Source: an uncultured Phycisphaerales bacterium
GTDB lineage: Bacteria; Planctomycetota; Phycisphaerae; Phycisphaerales; SM1A02
Direction of reading: 5' to 3'
DNA length: 37,943 bases
NCBI GenBank assembly: GCA_938084645.1
Contig: CALKEP010000020.1
Location: 1-37,943, forward strand
Part shown: positions 1 through 10,320 of the stretch, in pieces
Position numbering within the stretch: the first letter of the stretch is position 1
Layout of the letters: every line of letters starts with the position of its first letter
Notes under the pieces: model-generated
The model's database searches: none
The model's input: only the letters and a program-made list of their open reading frames with translations
What the model was told of the DNA's origin: nothing
Program-made: the position numbers and the translations under genes

Positions 1-1
1 G

Positions 2-574
2 GGCGGTCAGACGAGCGTGCTCCTCGACCTCGAATTGATCGGTAGCGTCACCGATCTCGTGCTCACCGGCGTCAGCGACGACACGATCATCCCCGGCAAT
101 CTCGGTGCGGAATCGGTCGCGTTCGCGATCACGTCCCCCGATGCCGCGTCCAACCCGACCACCTTCATGTACGACACCGATGATTTCTTCGGTACGTTCT
201 CCGGGGTGATCGGACACCGTGGCACGCTCACCTTCAATGAATCGATCACGCTCGGCAACTTCGACATCGCGTATGACGCCGATCTCGAGGCCTTCACGGT
301 CAACGACACGTTCTTCGATGGTACTGGCCTTGGTGCGTTGTTCGCCGTCGGAATCACTGATGCAGCGCCCGGGGAAGCGACCTTCGACGTGATGGGCGAT
401 CTCCTGATCACCGCCAACTTCGCCACGATCCTCCTGGATCTCGGCCTGACCAACACCGATCTCACCGGCGCCGACGTCGGTGACGCGTTCGTTCAGGGGC
501 TGAACATCCCGGGCCCCGGTGGGCTCGCGCTGGCCGGCCTCGCGATCTTCGGCACTCGCCGACGTCGCGGCTGA
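2..574 (+). CDS. PEP-CTERM-like (IPGPG/IPAPG-type) sorting-signal exported protein, 5'-truncated by the window edge
   Basis: Frame is open from position 2 (GGQTSVLLDL...). Acidic, Thr/Gly-rich, beta-type body. C-terminus IPGPGGLALAGLAIFGTRRRRG is a Pro motif, TM helix and Arg cluster. A strong terminator follows. Confidence 0.8.
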   Translation, partial: GGQTSVLLDLELIGSVTDLVLTGVSDDTIIPGNLGAESVAFAITSPDAASNPTTFMYDTDDFFGTFSGVIGHRGTLTFNESITLGNFDIAYDADLEAFTVNDTFFDGTGLGALFAVGITDAAPGEATFDVMGDLLITANFATILLDLGLTNTDLTGADVGDAFVQGLNIPGPGGLALAGLAIFGTRRRRG

Positions 575-593
575 TCCCAGTTCGCAGCAAATC

Positions 594-632
594 AACCACG
601 GCCCGTCGCTTGACGGGTCGTGGTTCTTTTTT
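594..632 (+). terminator. Rho-independent terminator of the PEP-CTERM-like gene
   Basis: 14-bp stem aaccacggcccgtc (594-607) / gacgggtcgtggtt (612-625) with one G-U pair, loop gctt, then a T-tract at 627-632. Confidence 0.9.
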
Positions 633-890
633 GCGAGGACGTTGGGCGGCATTGCTCCGCGCTGTGAACGCACGGCGTGAAATCGTCACGGGGAAATCGG
701 GTTGCTCGCCACACTGCGGGCGTGGTCGATGGCCACTGGACGGCGAACGTGGCGGTCGTCAGAGCCACGTCCGGTCGATGATCGCGTCGCGCCGACGTGC
801 CCGTTCGACCGGGTTCCGGGGTGGGCTCGCCGGCACGATCGTGGTTTCGAAGTCAGTGCGTCACCGTCCGAACGGTGGTCGGGCGACAAG

Positions 891-930
891 ATGAAAAACC
901 GCGTCCCCGGGCAGGGGACGCGGTGTTCAT
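891..930 (-). terminator. Rho-independent terminator downstream of the msrB-msrA fusion gene
   Basis: Perfect 11-bp stem accgcgtcccc (898-908) / ggggacgcggt (914-924). The A-run at 894-898 gives a U-tract on the minus strand. It lies about 40 bp past the msr stop. Confidence 0.85.
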
Positions 931-967
931 GTCGACCGGGCTCGACCGCGGGGTGCGTGGGATCAAG

Positions 968-2089
968 TCACTTCGTCTTCGTGGACTTCGCCAGTGGCTG
1001 GATGTCGGCGGCCTGGAACGCCGCGGGCAGATCGACGTGGCACGATCGCCCGGTCTTCAGGATGTAGTCCTGGTGATAGTCCTCGGCCGGCCAGAACCTT
1101 TGCGCCGGCTCGACTTCGGTGACGATCTTCCGACCGCCGAAGCGGGCGGCGGTGGCGAGCTCGGCCTTCACCTTCGATGCGACGGCCTGCTGGTCTGCGC
1201 CGACCGTGTAGATGCCGGAGCGGTACTGGGTGCCGAAGTCGGGGCCTTGACGGTTCAACTGGGTCGGATCATGCAGATAGAGGAAGAAGCGAACCAGCTT
1301 CTCATACGAGACCTTCTTCGGGTCGAAGACGACCTTCACGCTCTCCGCATGCCCGGTGTCACCGTTGCAGATCTGCTTGTAGGTGGGATTGTCGATGCGT
1401 CCCTGCTGGTAGCCGCTCTCGACCGAGATGACGCCGGGGATCTGCTGGAAGCCGTGTTCGACGCCCCAGAAGCAGCCACCCGCGAAGTAGCCGGTCTCGA
1501 TCGCCATGGGCCTGCTCTCGAGCGGGACCTCCTCGCCTTTCTCGACGAACGCCAGCGCCTCGCTGTTGAGGCAGTAGCGCTGCCCCGACGGGGGCGGCCC
1601 GTCGGGGAACACGTGCCCGAGATGGGCGTCGCATCGAGCACATTCGATCTCGACGCGGACCATGCCCAGCGACCGGTCTGTCGTTTCGGTCACATGTTCG
1701 GGGTCGAAGGGGCTGAAGAAGCTCGGCCAGCCGGTGCCCGAAGTGAACTTGTGTTCGCTCTTGAAAAGGGGCAGTCCGCAGACGACGCAGACGTACATGC
1801 CCTCCTTCTTGTTGTCCAGAAGGGTCCCGCAGAAGGCTGGTTCCGTGCCGGACTTCTGGGTGATCCGGTACTGCTCGGGGGTGAGCTTCGAGGCGAGTTC
1901 CTCGACCTTCTCCCGGGACAGCGGCGTCACATCGTGGCCCGAGGGGGAGATTCGGCGATCTGATTCTGAGGTGGTCATGGTGTTGGCGTCTCTTCCCGGA
2001 GGAGTGAGGTTCGGGGCCGCGGTGAGCCCGAGGGCGACCACGGCGGCGGTCGCGGTGGCGAAGAGGGAGATGCTGATCGTGGGATGCAT
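968..2089 (-). CDS. msrAB: Exported bifunctional methionine sulfoxide reductase (MsrB domain then MsrA domain)
   Basis: N-terminal hydrophobic signal. MsrB motifs GTEPAF, CVVC, GWPSF, CARC, HLGHVF and RYCLNS. MsrA motifs [25 protein letters not shown] and [16 protein letters not shown] upstream. Confidence 0.95.
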   Translation of the reverse strand: MHPTISISLFATATAAVVALGLTAAPNLTPPGRDANTMTTSESDRRISPSGHDVTPLSREKVEELASKLTPEQYRITQKSGTEPAFCGTLLDNKKEGMYVCVVCGLPLFKSEHKFTSGTGWPSFFSPFDPEHVTETTDRSLGMVRVEIECARCDAHLGHVFPDGPPPSGQRYCLNSEALAFVEKGEEVPLESRPMAIETGYFAGGCFWGVEHGFQQIPGVISVESGYQQGRIDNPTYKQICNGDTGHAESVKVVFDPKKVSYEKLVRFFLYLHDPTQLNRQGPDFGTQYRSGIYTVGADQQAVASKVKAELATAARFGGRKIVTEVEPAQRFWPAEDYHQDYILKTGRSCHVDLPAAFQAADIQPLAKSTKTK

Positions 2090-2196
2090 CGGACTGGTGC
2101 TCCTGGAGCCTTGCTGGAAGAGCCCACCTGACTGGTCGAATTCGAACCGGACGAGCGGTATCGCGGTCGGAGGCTCGGATCGGCGCGGGGCCCGGA

Positions 2197-3156
2197 TCAG
2201 TTCGTCGAGGAACCGCCCGTGGATCCATGATCGGTCCTCGTGGGCTCCGATCGCGATGTTTTCAGATACCGCTTCACGCCCCCGAGGTTCATTGAAATCC
2301 CCCCGTCATTGAGATACGTCGCTCGGGAGGCCGCCGGAACGCCATCCGCCGCCGCACGCTCGTGGAGTTCGTCTCGGTAGGCCGAGATCCGACCCGCTTC
2401 GTCGAGATCGCCATCGTCGAGGAGGTCGATCGCGAGTGCGGCCTCCCAGTCGAGCTGGTCTCGGACCCGCTCCAGATGGTCCATCGGGTCGTCGACCCGC
2501 CCGAAATGGGTGAGTTCGAGGGCGTCGAACTTCCCCCGCTCGATCCGATCCAGGGAGGCCTTCCAGGCCTTCGGGTCGAATTCCGGCGGGGCGAGCGGAA
2601 GGATGGGATGGTCGGTTCCGGGCACGCGCATTCCGGCGACATCACCGCTGAAGCAGGTACGGCCGTCATCGAGCGGGATCGACCAGGCGTGATGATGGCG
2701 GGCGTGACCCGGAGTCTCGATCGCGGTGAACTCGTGTCGTCCGTACCGGATGGCCTCGCCATCCTCCGCGGGATGGATGCGCTCGGCGGGGCACGCGTGC
2801 ATCTCTCCGAAGAGATGATCGAGCGCGTCACCGTAGATCCGGCGGGCGCTCGCGTTGATCTTGGCCGGATCCGCAAGGTGGGCGACGCCGAACGGATGCA
2901 CGTGGACGTTCGCACCGTGTTCCGCGAACCAGCCGGCGGCGCCGGCATGATCCAGATGAATGTGCGTGAGGATCACCGCGCGGATCGAGGTGGGGTCGAC
3001 GGAGGCCGCGACGAGCGCCGTCTGCAGGGTGGCGAGCGTGCTGGTCGGGCCGGACTCGAGGAGGACGGGGCCTTCGTCGGTGTGGAAGAGGAAGGAGGCC
3101 GCCGCCTCGGGAATGCCGCGATACTGGAGGTCGATGGTGACCGGTGGGGTGGTCAT
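2197..3156 (-). CDS. MBL-fold metallo-hydrolase
   Basis: THIHLDHAG (HxHxDH), [14 protein letters not shown] and LTHFG. Overlaps the RND stop by 4 bp. Confidence 0.9.
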   Translation of the reverse strand: MTTPPVTIDLQYRGIPEAAASFLFHTDEGPVLLESGPTSTLATLQTALVAASVDPTSIRAVILTHIHLDHAGAAGWFAEHGANVHVHPFGVAHLADPAKINASARRIYGDALDHLFGEMHACPAERIHPAEDGEAIRYGRHEFTAIETPGHARHHHAWSIPLDDGRTCFSGDVAGMRVPGTDHPILPLAPPEFDPKAWKASLDRIERGKFDALELTHFGRVDDPMDHLERVRDQLDWEAALAIDLLDDGDLDEAGRISAYRDELHERAAADGVPAASRATYLNDGGISMNLGGVKRYLKTSRSEPTRTDHGSTGGSSTN

Positions 3157-6100
3157 GAAGCTGATGAGCCGGGAGCGGCGTCGCCGTCCGTCCTCTTCTT
3201 GCCGCCGCCGAACTCCGAGGCGCGTTGCACGACGGTGTAGAGGACGGGCACCATGAGCAGGCTGATCACCGTGGCGGCCAGCATCCCGCCGAAGACCGTG
3301 GTTCCCATGGTTCGACGGCTTGCCGAACCCGCCCCCTCGGCGACCAGCAGTGGAATGACGCCGAGGATGAAACTGAAGGCGGTCATCAGCACCGCGCGGA
3401 ATCGAAGCCGTGCGGCGAGGATCGCGGCTTCCGCGGGCGCAACGCCCTCGTCCCGCTTGCTCTTGGCGAACTCCACGATCAGGATCGAACTCTTCGCAGC
3501 CAGGCCGATCAGGAGCACGATCCCCACCTGGACGTAGAGATCGATGGGAAGTCCGGCGAACATGAGCGCCGCCACCACGCCGAGGAGGGCGGTGGGGACC
3601 GAAAGCACCACCGACACCGGCAGCGACCAGCTCTCGTACTGGGCGGCGAGGACGAGATAGACCAGAAGCACCGCGAGACCGAAGATCGCGGCCATGGCGC
3701 CGGACGAGGACTTCATCTGGTACGCCATGTCGCGCCAGGCGAAGCCGGTCCCCGGCGGGAGCTCGGTGTTCCCGATCTGCTCCATCAGGTCGAGGGCTTC
3801 GCCGCCGGAGAACCCGGGGGCGGGACCGGCGGTGACCCGGGCGGAGGGATAGATGTTGAAGTGGAAGACGTTCTCCGGGCCGAACGTCTGCTTCACGGTG
3901 GCCACCGCCGACAGGGGCAGCATCTCGCCGTCGCGGTTCCGGATCTCGAGCGCCTCGATGTCCTGGGGGCGGGCGCGGAATCGCGGTTCCGCGGAGGTCC
4001 GGACCTGGTAGATGCGGCCGAAGGCGGAGAAGTCGTTGACGTAGTAGGAGCCGAGGTTGGCGCCAAGCGCCTGGAACACGTCCTCGATCGCCACGCCGCG
4101 GGAGAGGACCTTGTCACGATCGATGTCGACGAAGACCTGCGGGACGTTCGCGGAGAACGTGGAGAACGCCCTGCCGATGCCCGACTGGGCGTTGGCGGCG
4201 AACACGTACTGGTCGACCGCGCCCTGCAGCACGTCGAAGCCGAGACCGGCCCGGTCCTGCACCTCGAGGGACAGGCCGGCGCTCGCGCCGAGACCGGGCA
4301 GGGACGGGACCGGGAATGCGACGACCGCGCCTTCCTGGATCGCGGCGCCGATGCCGTTCAGCTGGCGGACGATGCTCGTCTGCCCGAGGACTTCGGTGGT
4401 CCGTTCGCTCCAGGGATCGAACACCACCACGATCGTGGCGGCGTTCGCGGAGGCGGCGCCGGAGAGCAGCGAGTAGCCGCGGATCGCGAGCACGTCCGCG
4501 ACCCCGCCGACCTCCTCGGCGGATGCCGCGACCCGATCGAGGACCCGTTGGGTTCGTTCGGCGCTGGCGGCGTCCGGGAGCTGGATGTTCATGACGCAGT
4601 AGCCCTCGTCCTCCTGCGGAACGAAGCCGGTCGGGAGCTTGGTGAACATCCAGCCGGCGCCGACCACGAGGGCGAGGAACGCGATCACGGTCAGCGGCCA
4701 GATCGCGATCAGGCCCTTCACGGTTCCGGCGTACACCGAGGTGACCCGGGCGAGGACCGCGTCGAAGCCGCGGAAGACGATGTTCTTCCGGTCCGAGGTG
4801 GGCCGGAGCAGGACGCCCGCGAGGGCGGGGCTCAGGGTGAGGGCGTTGATGGAACTGAAGACGGTCGCGATCGAGATGGTGAGGGCGAACTGCTTCAGCA
4901 GGCTGCCGGTGATGCCGCCGATGAAGGCGGCGGGGACGAACACCGCGAGGAGGACGATGGTGGTCGCGACCACGGGGCCGGACACCTCCTTCATCGCCTT
5001 GAGCGCCGCCTCGCGTGGTGGGAGTTTCTCCTCGTCGAGGATCCTCGTCACGTTCTCGACCACCACGATCGCATCGTCGACCACGATGCCCACCGCCAGC
5101 ACGAGTCCGAAGAGCGTGAGCAGGTTGAGACTGAAACCGAGGGCCAGCATCACCGCGAAGGTGCCGATCAGCGAGACGGGAATGGTCACCGCCGGAATCA
5201 GCGTGGCCCGGAAGTTCTGGAGGAAGACGAACACCGTGAGGATCACCAGCCCGATGGTGATCAGCAGCGTGGTCTGGAGTTCGGCCAGACTGGTTCGAAT
5301 GATGAGCGTGCCGTCGTAGACGATCTTGTAGTCGACTCCGTCGGGGAAGGACTTCGACAATCGCTCCAGCGTGTCCATGCAGCCGTCCGCGACGTCGATC
5401 GCATTGGCGCCGGGCAACTGATAGATCGCGAGGGTCGCGGCGGGGCTGCCGTCGAGGGACGATGCGAGGGTGTAGCTCTCGGAACCGAGCTCGATGCGGG
5501 CGACGTCGCGAAGCTTGACGAGCGTTCCGTCCCTGCCGGTGCGAAGCACGATCTCCTCGAACTCGGAGGCGGTGTTGAGGCGGCCGGTGGTGGTGACCGT
5601 GTAGTCGAAGACCTGTCCGGCGGGTGCCGGGGCGGCGCCGATCCGGCCTGCGGCGACCTCCGCGTTCTGGGCCCGGATCGCCGCGACCACCTCGTTGGTG
5701 GTCATTCCGAGGGAACGGATGGTCTCCGGGTCCAGCCAGATCCGCATGCTGTAGCGACCGACGCCGAACGTCTTGATGTCGCCGACGCCGGAGACGCGCG
5801 TCAGCTCGTCACGAAGCTGGGCTTCGGCGTAGTTGTTGAGGAAGAGCGCGTCGTACTCGCCGCCCTGCTCGGCGACGATCGACGCGTAGAGGATGATGTC
5901 GGTCGACTGCTTCTTCGTCAGGACGCCCTGCCGCTGGACCTCCTCCGGCAGCTTGGGGATCGCCGAGGCGACCTTGTTCTGCACCAGCACGTTCGCGGTG
6001 TCGAGGTCCGTGCCGACTTCGAAGGAGACCGTGATGACGCAGGAGCCGTCGCTGGCCGAGACGCTGCTCATGTAGAGCATCCCGTCGACGCCGTTGATCT

Positions 6101-6305
6101 CCTGCTCGAGGGGCGTCGCCACCGTCTCCCCGATGGTGGAGGCGCTCGCGCCCGGGAACACCGCGGAGACCTGGATGGTCGGGGGTGCGATGTTCGGATA
6201 CCGGGCCTGCGGGAGCGCGGTGTAGGCGATCGCGCCCATGATCAGGGTGACGATCGAGATGACCGATGCGAAGATCGGTCGACGGATGAAGACGCTGCTC
6301 AGCAT
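3153..6305 (-). CDS. Efflux RND transporter permease subunit (HAE1, AcrB/MexF-like)
   Basis: FIRRPIFA N-terminus, VATPLEQEING, proton-relay motif VGIVVDDAIVVVEN, GLAAKSSILIVEFA, RFRAVLMT. Length 1050 aa. Confidence 0.96.
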   Translation of the reverse strand: MLSSVFIRRPIFASVISIVTLIMGAIAYTALPQARYPNIAPPTIQVSAVFPGASASTIGETVATPLEQEINGVDGMLYMSSVSASDGSCVITVSFEVGTDLDTANVLVQNKVASAIPKLPEEVQRQGVLTKKQSTDIILYASIVAEQGGEYDALFLNNYAEAQLRDELTRVSGVGDIKTFGVGRYSMRIWLDPETIRSLGMTTNEVVAAIRAQNAEVAAGRIGAAPAPAGQVFDYTVTTTGRLNTASEFEEIVLRTGRDGTLVKLRDVARIELGSESYTLASSLDGSPAATLAIYQLPGANAIDVADGCMDTLERLSKSFPDGVDYKIVYDGTLIIRTSLAELQTTLLITIGLVILTVFVFLQNFRATLIPAVTIPVSLIGTFAVMLALGFSLNLLTLFGLVLAVGIVVDDAIVVVENVTRILDEEKLPPREAALKAMKEVSGPVVATTIVLLAVFVPAAFIGGITGSLLKQFALTISIATVFSSINALTLSPALAGVLLRPTSDRKNIVFRGFDAVLARVTSVYAGTVKGLIAIWPLTVIAFLALVVGAGWMFTKLPTGFVPQEDEGYCVMNIQLPDAASAERTQRVLDRVAASAEEVGGVADVLAIRGYSLLSGAASANAATIVVVFDPWSERTTEVLGQTSIVRQLNGIGAAIQEGAVVAFPVPSLPGLGASAGLSLEVQDRAGLGFDVLQGAVDQYVFAANAQSGIGRAFSTFSANVPQVFVDIDRDKVLSRGVAIEDVFQALGANLGSYYVNDFSAFGRIYQVRTSAEPRFRARPQDIEALEIRNRDGEMLPLSAVATVKQTFGPENVFHFNIYPSARVTAGPAPGFSGGEALDLMEQIGNTELPPGTGFAWRDMAYQMKSSSGAMAAIFGLAVLLVYLVLAAQYESWSLPVSVVLSVPTALLGVVAALMFAGLPIDLYVQVGIVLLIGLAAKSSILIVEFAKSKRDEGVAPAEAAILAARLRFRAVLMTAFSFILGVIPLLVAEGAGSASRRTMGTTVFGGMLAATVISLLMVPVLYTVVQRASEFGGGKKRTDGDAAPGSSAS

Positions 6306-6309
6306 GGGC

Positions 6310-7560
6310 TCAGGCGTCCTCGTTGGTGGGTTCGGTCGATCCGTGCATCGCGGCGGCCGCGGGATCGATCAGTTCGAGCGCTTCTTCGAGCGATACGGTC
6401 GCGGGGGCGACGGTCGAGCCCGGTCGAGCCCGGAGGATCCCGTCCACGATCACCAGCGAGGTCTCGTCGAGGCCCGCTTCGATCTCCTGCAGTCCGTGCA
6501 GGGCCGCACCGACGGTGACGCCCTGGCGGGCGACCACGTCGTCCTTGTCGATGACGTAGACATAGGCGCCCGCCATGTCGACGAGCACCGCCGATTCGGG
6601 GATCGCGAGTCTGTTCCGCGCCGGTTCCGCGAGCCTGGCTCGCACGAAGAGGCCGGGTCGCAGCAGTTCACCGGGGTTGGGCAGCACCCCTCGGATCGAC
6701 ACCGTTCCGGTCTCGCGATCGATCTCGGGGGCCGCGAAATCGACCACGCCGGGATGCTGGTAGACCTCGCCGTCGGGGAGCACGATCTTGAACTCGTAGT
6801 CGCCCCGCCGATCGCTGTCGCGTCCCGCTTCGTTCATGCGACGGCGATACTCGAGGTAGGCCGTCTCGGGCAGCGAGAAGTACACGTTCATCGGATCGAT
6901 GCTGGTGATCTTCGCGAGGAGGGTCGGCTCACCTCGTCCCACGAGGTTTCCGACGCTGACCAGATCCTCGCCGATCTGGCCGTCGATCGGTGAGAGGATC
7001 GTCGTGTAGGCCACGTCGAGCCGGCTTCGAGTCACCTGAGCCTTCGCCTGTTCGACCTTCGCGGCCGCGACTTCGACGTTCGCCTCGGCCTCCAGGATCT
7101 CGATCTCGGTCGCCGCCCCCTTGTCGAACGCGGCCTGGTACTTGGCGAGCACCTGGCGGCTCAGCTGAAGACTCGCCTCGGCGCTTCGAAGGTCGGCGTT
7201 CGCGATCGCGAGGTTCGCGTCGTATTCATCGGACTCCAGTCGAAACAGGGTCTCGCCCGTCTCGACCTTGTCGCCGGGCATGAAGTCCCGGGACTGGAGA
7301 AAGCCGGAGATTCTCGCGCGGACGTCGACGGTCTCGAGCGGTTCCACCGTCGCGACGATGTCGCGGTAGGGTTCGAACTGACGCATCTCCGGGTGGATGG
7401 CCGTGACCTTCGGTGGCGGCGGCGCGGCGAATGCGTTTCGCTGCTCCTCGCACCCCGAACAGATGATCGATGCCGCGAGGGCCGGGATCGCCGTGGCCGG
7501 GAGGAGGTGTCGGGCGGTCGGGCGGAGAGTTCGATGGAGGATTGATTTCACGCGGACCAT
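6310..7560 (-). CDS. Efflux RND periplasmic adaptor (membrane fusion protein), probable lipoprotein; real start may be GTG 7551
   Basis: IICSGC lipobox-like segment, VDVRARISG, alpha-hairpin, ILSPIDG, TGTVSIRG, LRPGLF. Ends 4 bp before the RND gene. Confidence 0.93.
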   Translation of the reverse strand: MVRVKSILHRTLRPTARHLLPATAIPALAASIICSGCEEQRNAFAAPPPPKVTAIHPEMRQFEPYRDIVATVEPLETVDVRARISGFLQSRDFMPGDKVETGETLFRLESDEYDANLAIANADLRSAEASLQLSRQVLAKYQAAFDKGAATEIEILEAEANVEVAAAKVEQAKAQVTRSRLDVAYTTILSPIDGQIGEDLVSVGNLVGRGEPTLLAKITSIDPMNVYFSLPETAYLEYRRRMNEAGRDSDRRGDYEFKIVLPDGEVYQHPGVVDFAAPEIDRETGTVSIRGVLPNPGELLRPGLFVRARLAEPARNRLAIPESAVLVDMAGAYVYVIDKDDVVARQGVTVGAALHGLQEIEAGLDETSLVIVDGILRARPGSTVAPATVSLEEALELIDPAAAAMHGSTEPTNEDA

Positions 7561-7575
7561 GATATCCGGGGCGGC

Positions 7576-10203
7576 TCACTTCGTCGGTTCGAGCAGATGC
7601 TCCCGGAAAAGCCCGCGGATCCGGCGATACTCGTCGAGCCAGCTCGACGCGGTTCGGAAGCCATGCGGCTCGACCGGATAGATGGCGACCTCCCAGTTCT
7701 CCTTCTCGAGTTCGATCAGCCGTTGCGCCAGCCGGACGGTGTCCTGGAACGGAACGTTGTCATCCACCATCCCGTGGCAGATGAGGAGAGGGCGTTCGAG
7801 GCCCGCCGCGTGTTCGATCGGCGAGCTTCTTCGGTACGCCATGGGATCGTCATCGGGCGTGTTCAGGATGTTGGCGGTGTAGCCGTCGTTGTAGTGGGCC
7901 CAGTCGGTCACCGGTCGAAGGGCGGCGCCGCAGGCGAAGAGCTCGGGACGGGTGAAGAGGCCCATGAGGGTCAGGAATCCGCCGTAGCTGCCTCCGTACA
8001 CGCCGATTCGCCGGGGATCGACGTCGTGGTTCGCTTCGAGCCAGGCGATGCCGTCCTCGAGGTCGTCGAGTTCGGGCGGCCCCATGTTCCGGGCGATCGC
8101 GGTCCGCCAGTCACGGCCGTAGCCCGCGCTCGCCCGATAGTCGAGGTCGAGCACCACGAATCCTTCGCGGGCGAGCAGGTCATGGAACATGCCCTCCCGG
8201 AAGTACCGACTCCAGCCACCGTGGGCGTTCTGGAGATATCCGGCCCCGTGAATGAAGAGAACGGCGGGGCGGCGCGTCCCGGAGCGGTCCGATGCCGTGT
8301 CCGGTGGGAGATGGAGCCGGCCGCGGATGGGGCGGCCGTGTCGACCGGGGATGTCGACCAGGATCGGAGGATGGCGCTCGATCGCATCGAAACGCTCGGT
8401 GGTGGAGTGGGTGAGGGCCGGCGTGCCGGGCGCCGGCGCGTCGGTTGGTCGGACGTGGAGTTCCGCGGGCGATTCGATCGTCGAGTGAAGAAAGAGAAAG
8501 CGTTCTCCGTCCGGACTGATCGCGAACGCCTCCACCATGCCGGGGCCGTCGACCATGGTCTCGGCCCAGCCGGTGTCGGGGTCGACGCGTTCGAGTCGCC
8601 AGTGGCTCGGGTCGTCGCGATTCGATCGATACCAGAGCGTGCCGTCGGTCGGATGCCGTTGCACTCCTCGGACCTCGAATCGGCCGGCGACCAGCGGGTC
8701 GACGCGGCCGGTCGGACCTTCGGCCGGCTCCGGCTCGGATGTGACGCCCGACTCGGCGGTCGCGTCCTCGGTGGCTTCGTCTTGGATGTCGGGGGTCGTC
8801 ATCGCCGGCTCGGTCGGTCGCCAGGTCATGAGATCCGACCACCCGAGGCCTTCGCTGAGGAACCAGAGCGTGTCTCCGCCGCGCAGCCAGCCCATCTCGT
8901 TGAATCGCCAGCCGATCCACGCGGGATCGTGCAGATGCTCGACCACGGTGCTTCCGCCGGCTTCGATCGCGATCTCCGGATCGAGCACCACGATCCATCG
9001 GTCCTTGTTGTCGAGGCTTCGGGCCTGGATCGCGGCAAGTCCGCCGTCATCGGACCACACCACGCTGTTGATCGCGATCGGTCGAGGGTCAAGGGTGGGG
9101 GGAGGCGTCGAGTCGGAGGCGGCCTCGGTGGGCGCGGCGAGCCGTTCGATCCGCGACTGCAGGGAGTTCGATGTCTCCGGGGTGTCGATCGTGTCCGGGT
9201 CGGCCGCGATCGACTCGCGCCATGCGGCGTTCTCTTCGCGGATGGGGGCAAGTCGATCCACCCGGCGATCGGGAAGGTCGTCGAGGTCGATCTCCCGAAC
9301 GACTCCGCCGACGAGATCGAGCAGGAAGAGGCGTTCCGGGGTCCGGACCGATGTCCCGACCTTGGGTCGGATCGAACGGACGTCGACGTATCCGTCATCG
9401 GTCACGAAGACCGGCATGTCATCGTTCTTGCGGGTGGTGCGGCTGGCGGGCGCGGTCTCGACCAGCATCCATCGTGCGTCGGGCGAGAGATGACGCCGGG
9501 TCTCGCGAAGGCTCGGATCGAGTCGGATCGGACCGAACACGTCGTGCTCGCGGGTCTCCCGGATCGCCTCCGACCGGATCCGTGCGGCCTCCGTGGCTTC
9601 GGCCCGATCCCGCAGGGTGTCGAAGAGTCTTCGCTGATCGGCGACGAGTCCGGTCGGGGCGGCCGGCGCTTCGGGAGCGTTCTCGAATCGAATCGATACC
9701 GGTTCGATCTCGTGTCCGCGTTCGAGGTCGCGGATGATCGTCCGCCCGTCGCGGTCGAAGGCGATCCTGCCGTCGACGAGGAATCTCGGGTTCGATTCCC
9801 GACTGGTCGTCCGGGTGATCTGCGTGAAGTCGCCGGTCGTCGGGTCGAAGCGGATCAGATCACCGTTCCGGGTGGTGATCATCGAGGTCCGGCTGGGATT
9901 CCAGTCACCGAGTCCGACGATCCGGTCCGCCGCGACGTCTTCGAGTCGGTTGGTCTCGCCGGTCGTCGGGTCGAGCTGGAACGTCTCCCGCTCGCGGGTC
10001 GTCCCTCGCCGTCGATCGAAGTGGATCGAGCGGCCATCGGGTGACCAGCGGGGGCGTTCGGGGGCGGCGCCGATCCAGGCGGGATCGGACATCACCGTCT
10101 CCAGGGTGAGGGTCTGCTCGGTGGTCGGGGCCGGAGGTGGCTCCGACGTCTCGGCGGCAGGAGCCTGAAGAAGGATCGACGACAGGATGACGAGCGTGTT
10201 CAT
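7576..10203 (-). CDS. Secreted S9 family peptidase (prolyl oligopeptidase / dipeptidyl peptidase IV-like)
   Basis: Signal peptide. WSPDG/ISPDG propeller repeats. HGAGY, nucleophile GGSYGG, and HGMVDDNV plus VEPHGF supplying the Asp and His of the triad. Confidence 0.93.
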   Translation of the reverse strand: MNTLVILSSILLQAPAAETSEPPPAPTTEQTLTLETVMSDPAWIGAAPERPRWSPDGRSIHFDRRRGTTRERETFQLDPTTGETNRLEDVAADRIVGLGDWNPSRTSMITTRNGDLIRFDPTTGDFTQITRTTSRESNPRFLVDGRIAFDRDGRTIIRDLERGHEIEPVSIRFENAPEAPAAPTGLVADQRRLFDTLRDRAEATEAARIRSEAIRETREHDVFGPIRLDPSLRETRRHLSPDARWMLVETAPASRTTRKNDDMPVFVTDDGYVDVRSIRPKVGTSVRTPERLFLLDLVGGVVREIDLDDLPDRRVDRLAPIREENAAWRESIAADPDTIDTPETSNSLQSRIERLAAPTEAASDSTPPPTLDPRPIAINSVVWSDDGGLAAIQARSLDNKDRWIVVLDPEIAIEAGGSTVVEHLHDPAWIGWRFNEMGWLRGGDTLWFLSEGLGWSDLMTWRPTEPAMTTPDIQDEATEDATAESGVTSEPEPAEGPTGRVDPLVAGRFEVRGVQRHPTDGTLWYRSNRDDPSHWRLERVDPDTGWAETMVDGPGMVEAFAISPDGERFLFLHSTIESPAELHVRPTDAPAPGTPALTHSTTERFDAIERHPPILVDIPGRHGRPIRGRLHLPPDTASDRSGTRRPAVLFIHGAGYLQNAHGGWSRYFREGMFHDLLAREGFVVLDLDYRASAGYGRDWRTAIARNMGPPELDDLEDGIAWLEANHDVDPRRIGVYGGSYGGFLTLMGLFTRPELFACGAALRPVTDWAHYNDGYTANILNTPDDDPMAYRRSSPIEHAAGLERPLLICHGMVDDNVPFQDTVRLAQRLIELEKENWEVAIYPVEPHGFRTASSWLDEYRRIRGLFREHLLEPTK

Positions 10204-10320
10204 GGGGCGGTCCAGTCACATCCGGGGTCGTGGATTCGACCTCCGGTGCCACGAGGGCGGCGTGCATCATGGACGAGGACCGGATTCGTTGCACGGACGA
10301 TCCGGGCGCTTTCGGCCGGG

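Noticed and set aside
610..1067. Small ORFs 610-894, 686-889 and 702-1067
   Set aside because: They have no RBS or motifs, and two of them run through terminator hairpins.
2197..3156. Metallo-beta-lactamase antibiotic-resistance gene
   Set aside because: Only the generic MBL fold is supported. It has no signal peptide and resembles cytoplasmic hydrolases.
3225..6518. 1097-aa + strand ORF, and similar long ORFs at 7597-10044, 13757-16081, 15970-18915, 20961-23654, 27449-29290, 30047-33484 and 32557-34848
   Set aside because: These are antisense or off-frame shadows of well-supported genes. They have Arg/Gly/His-rich composition and no motifs, as expected at high GC with strong codon bias.
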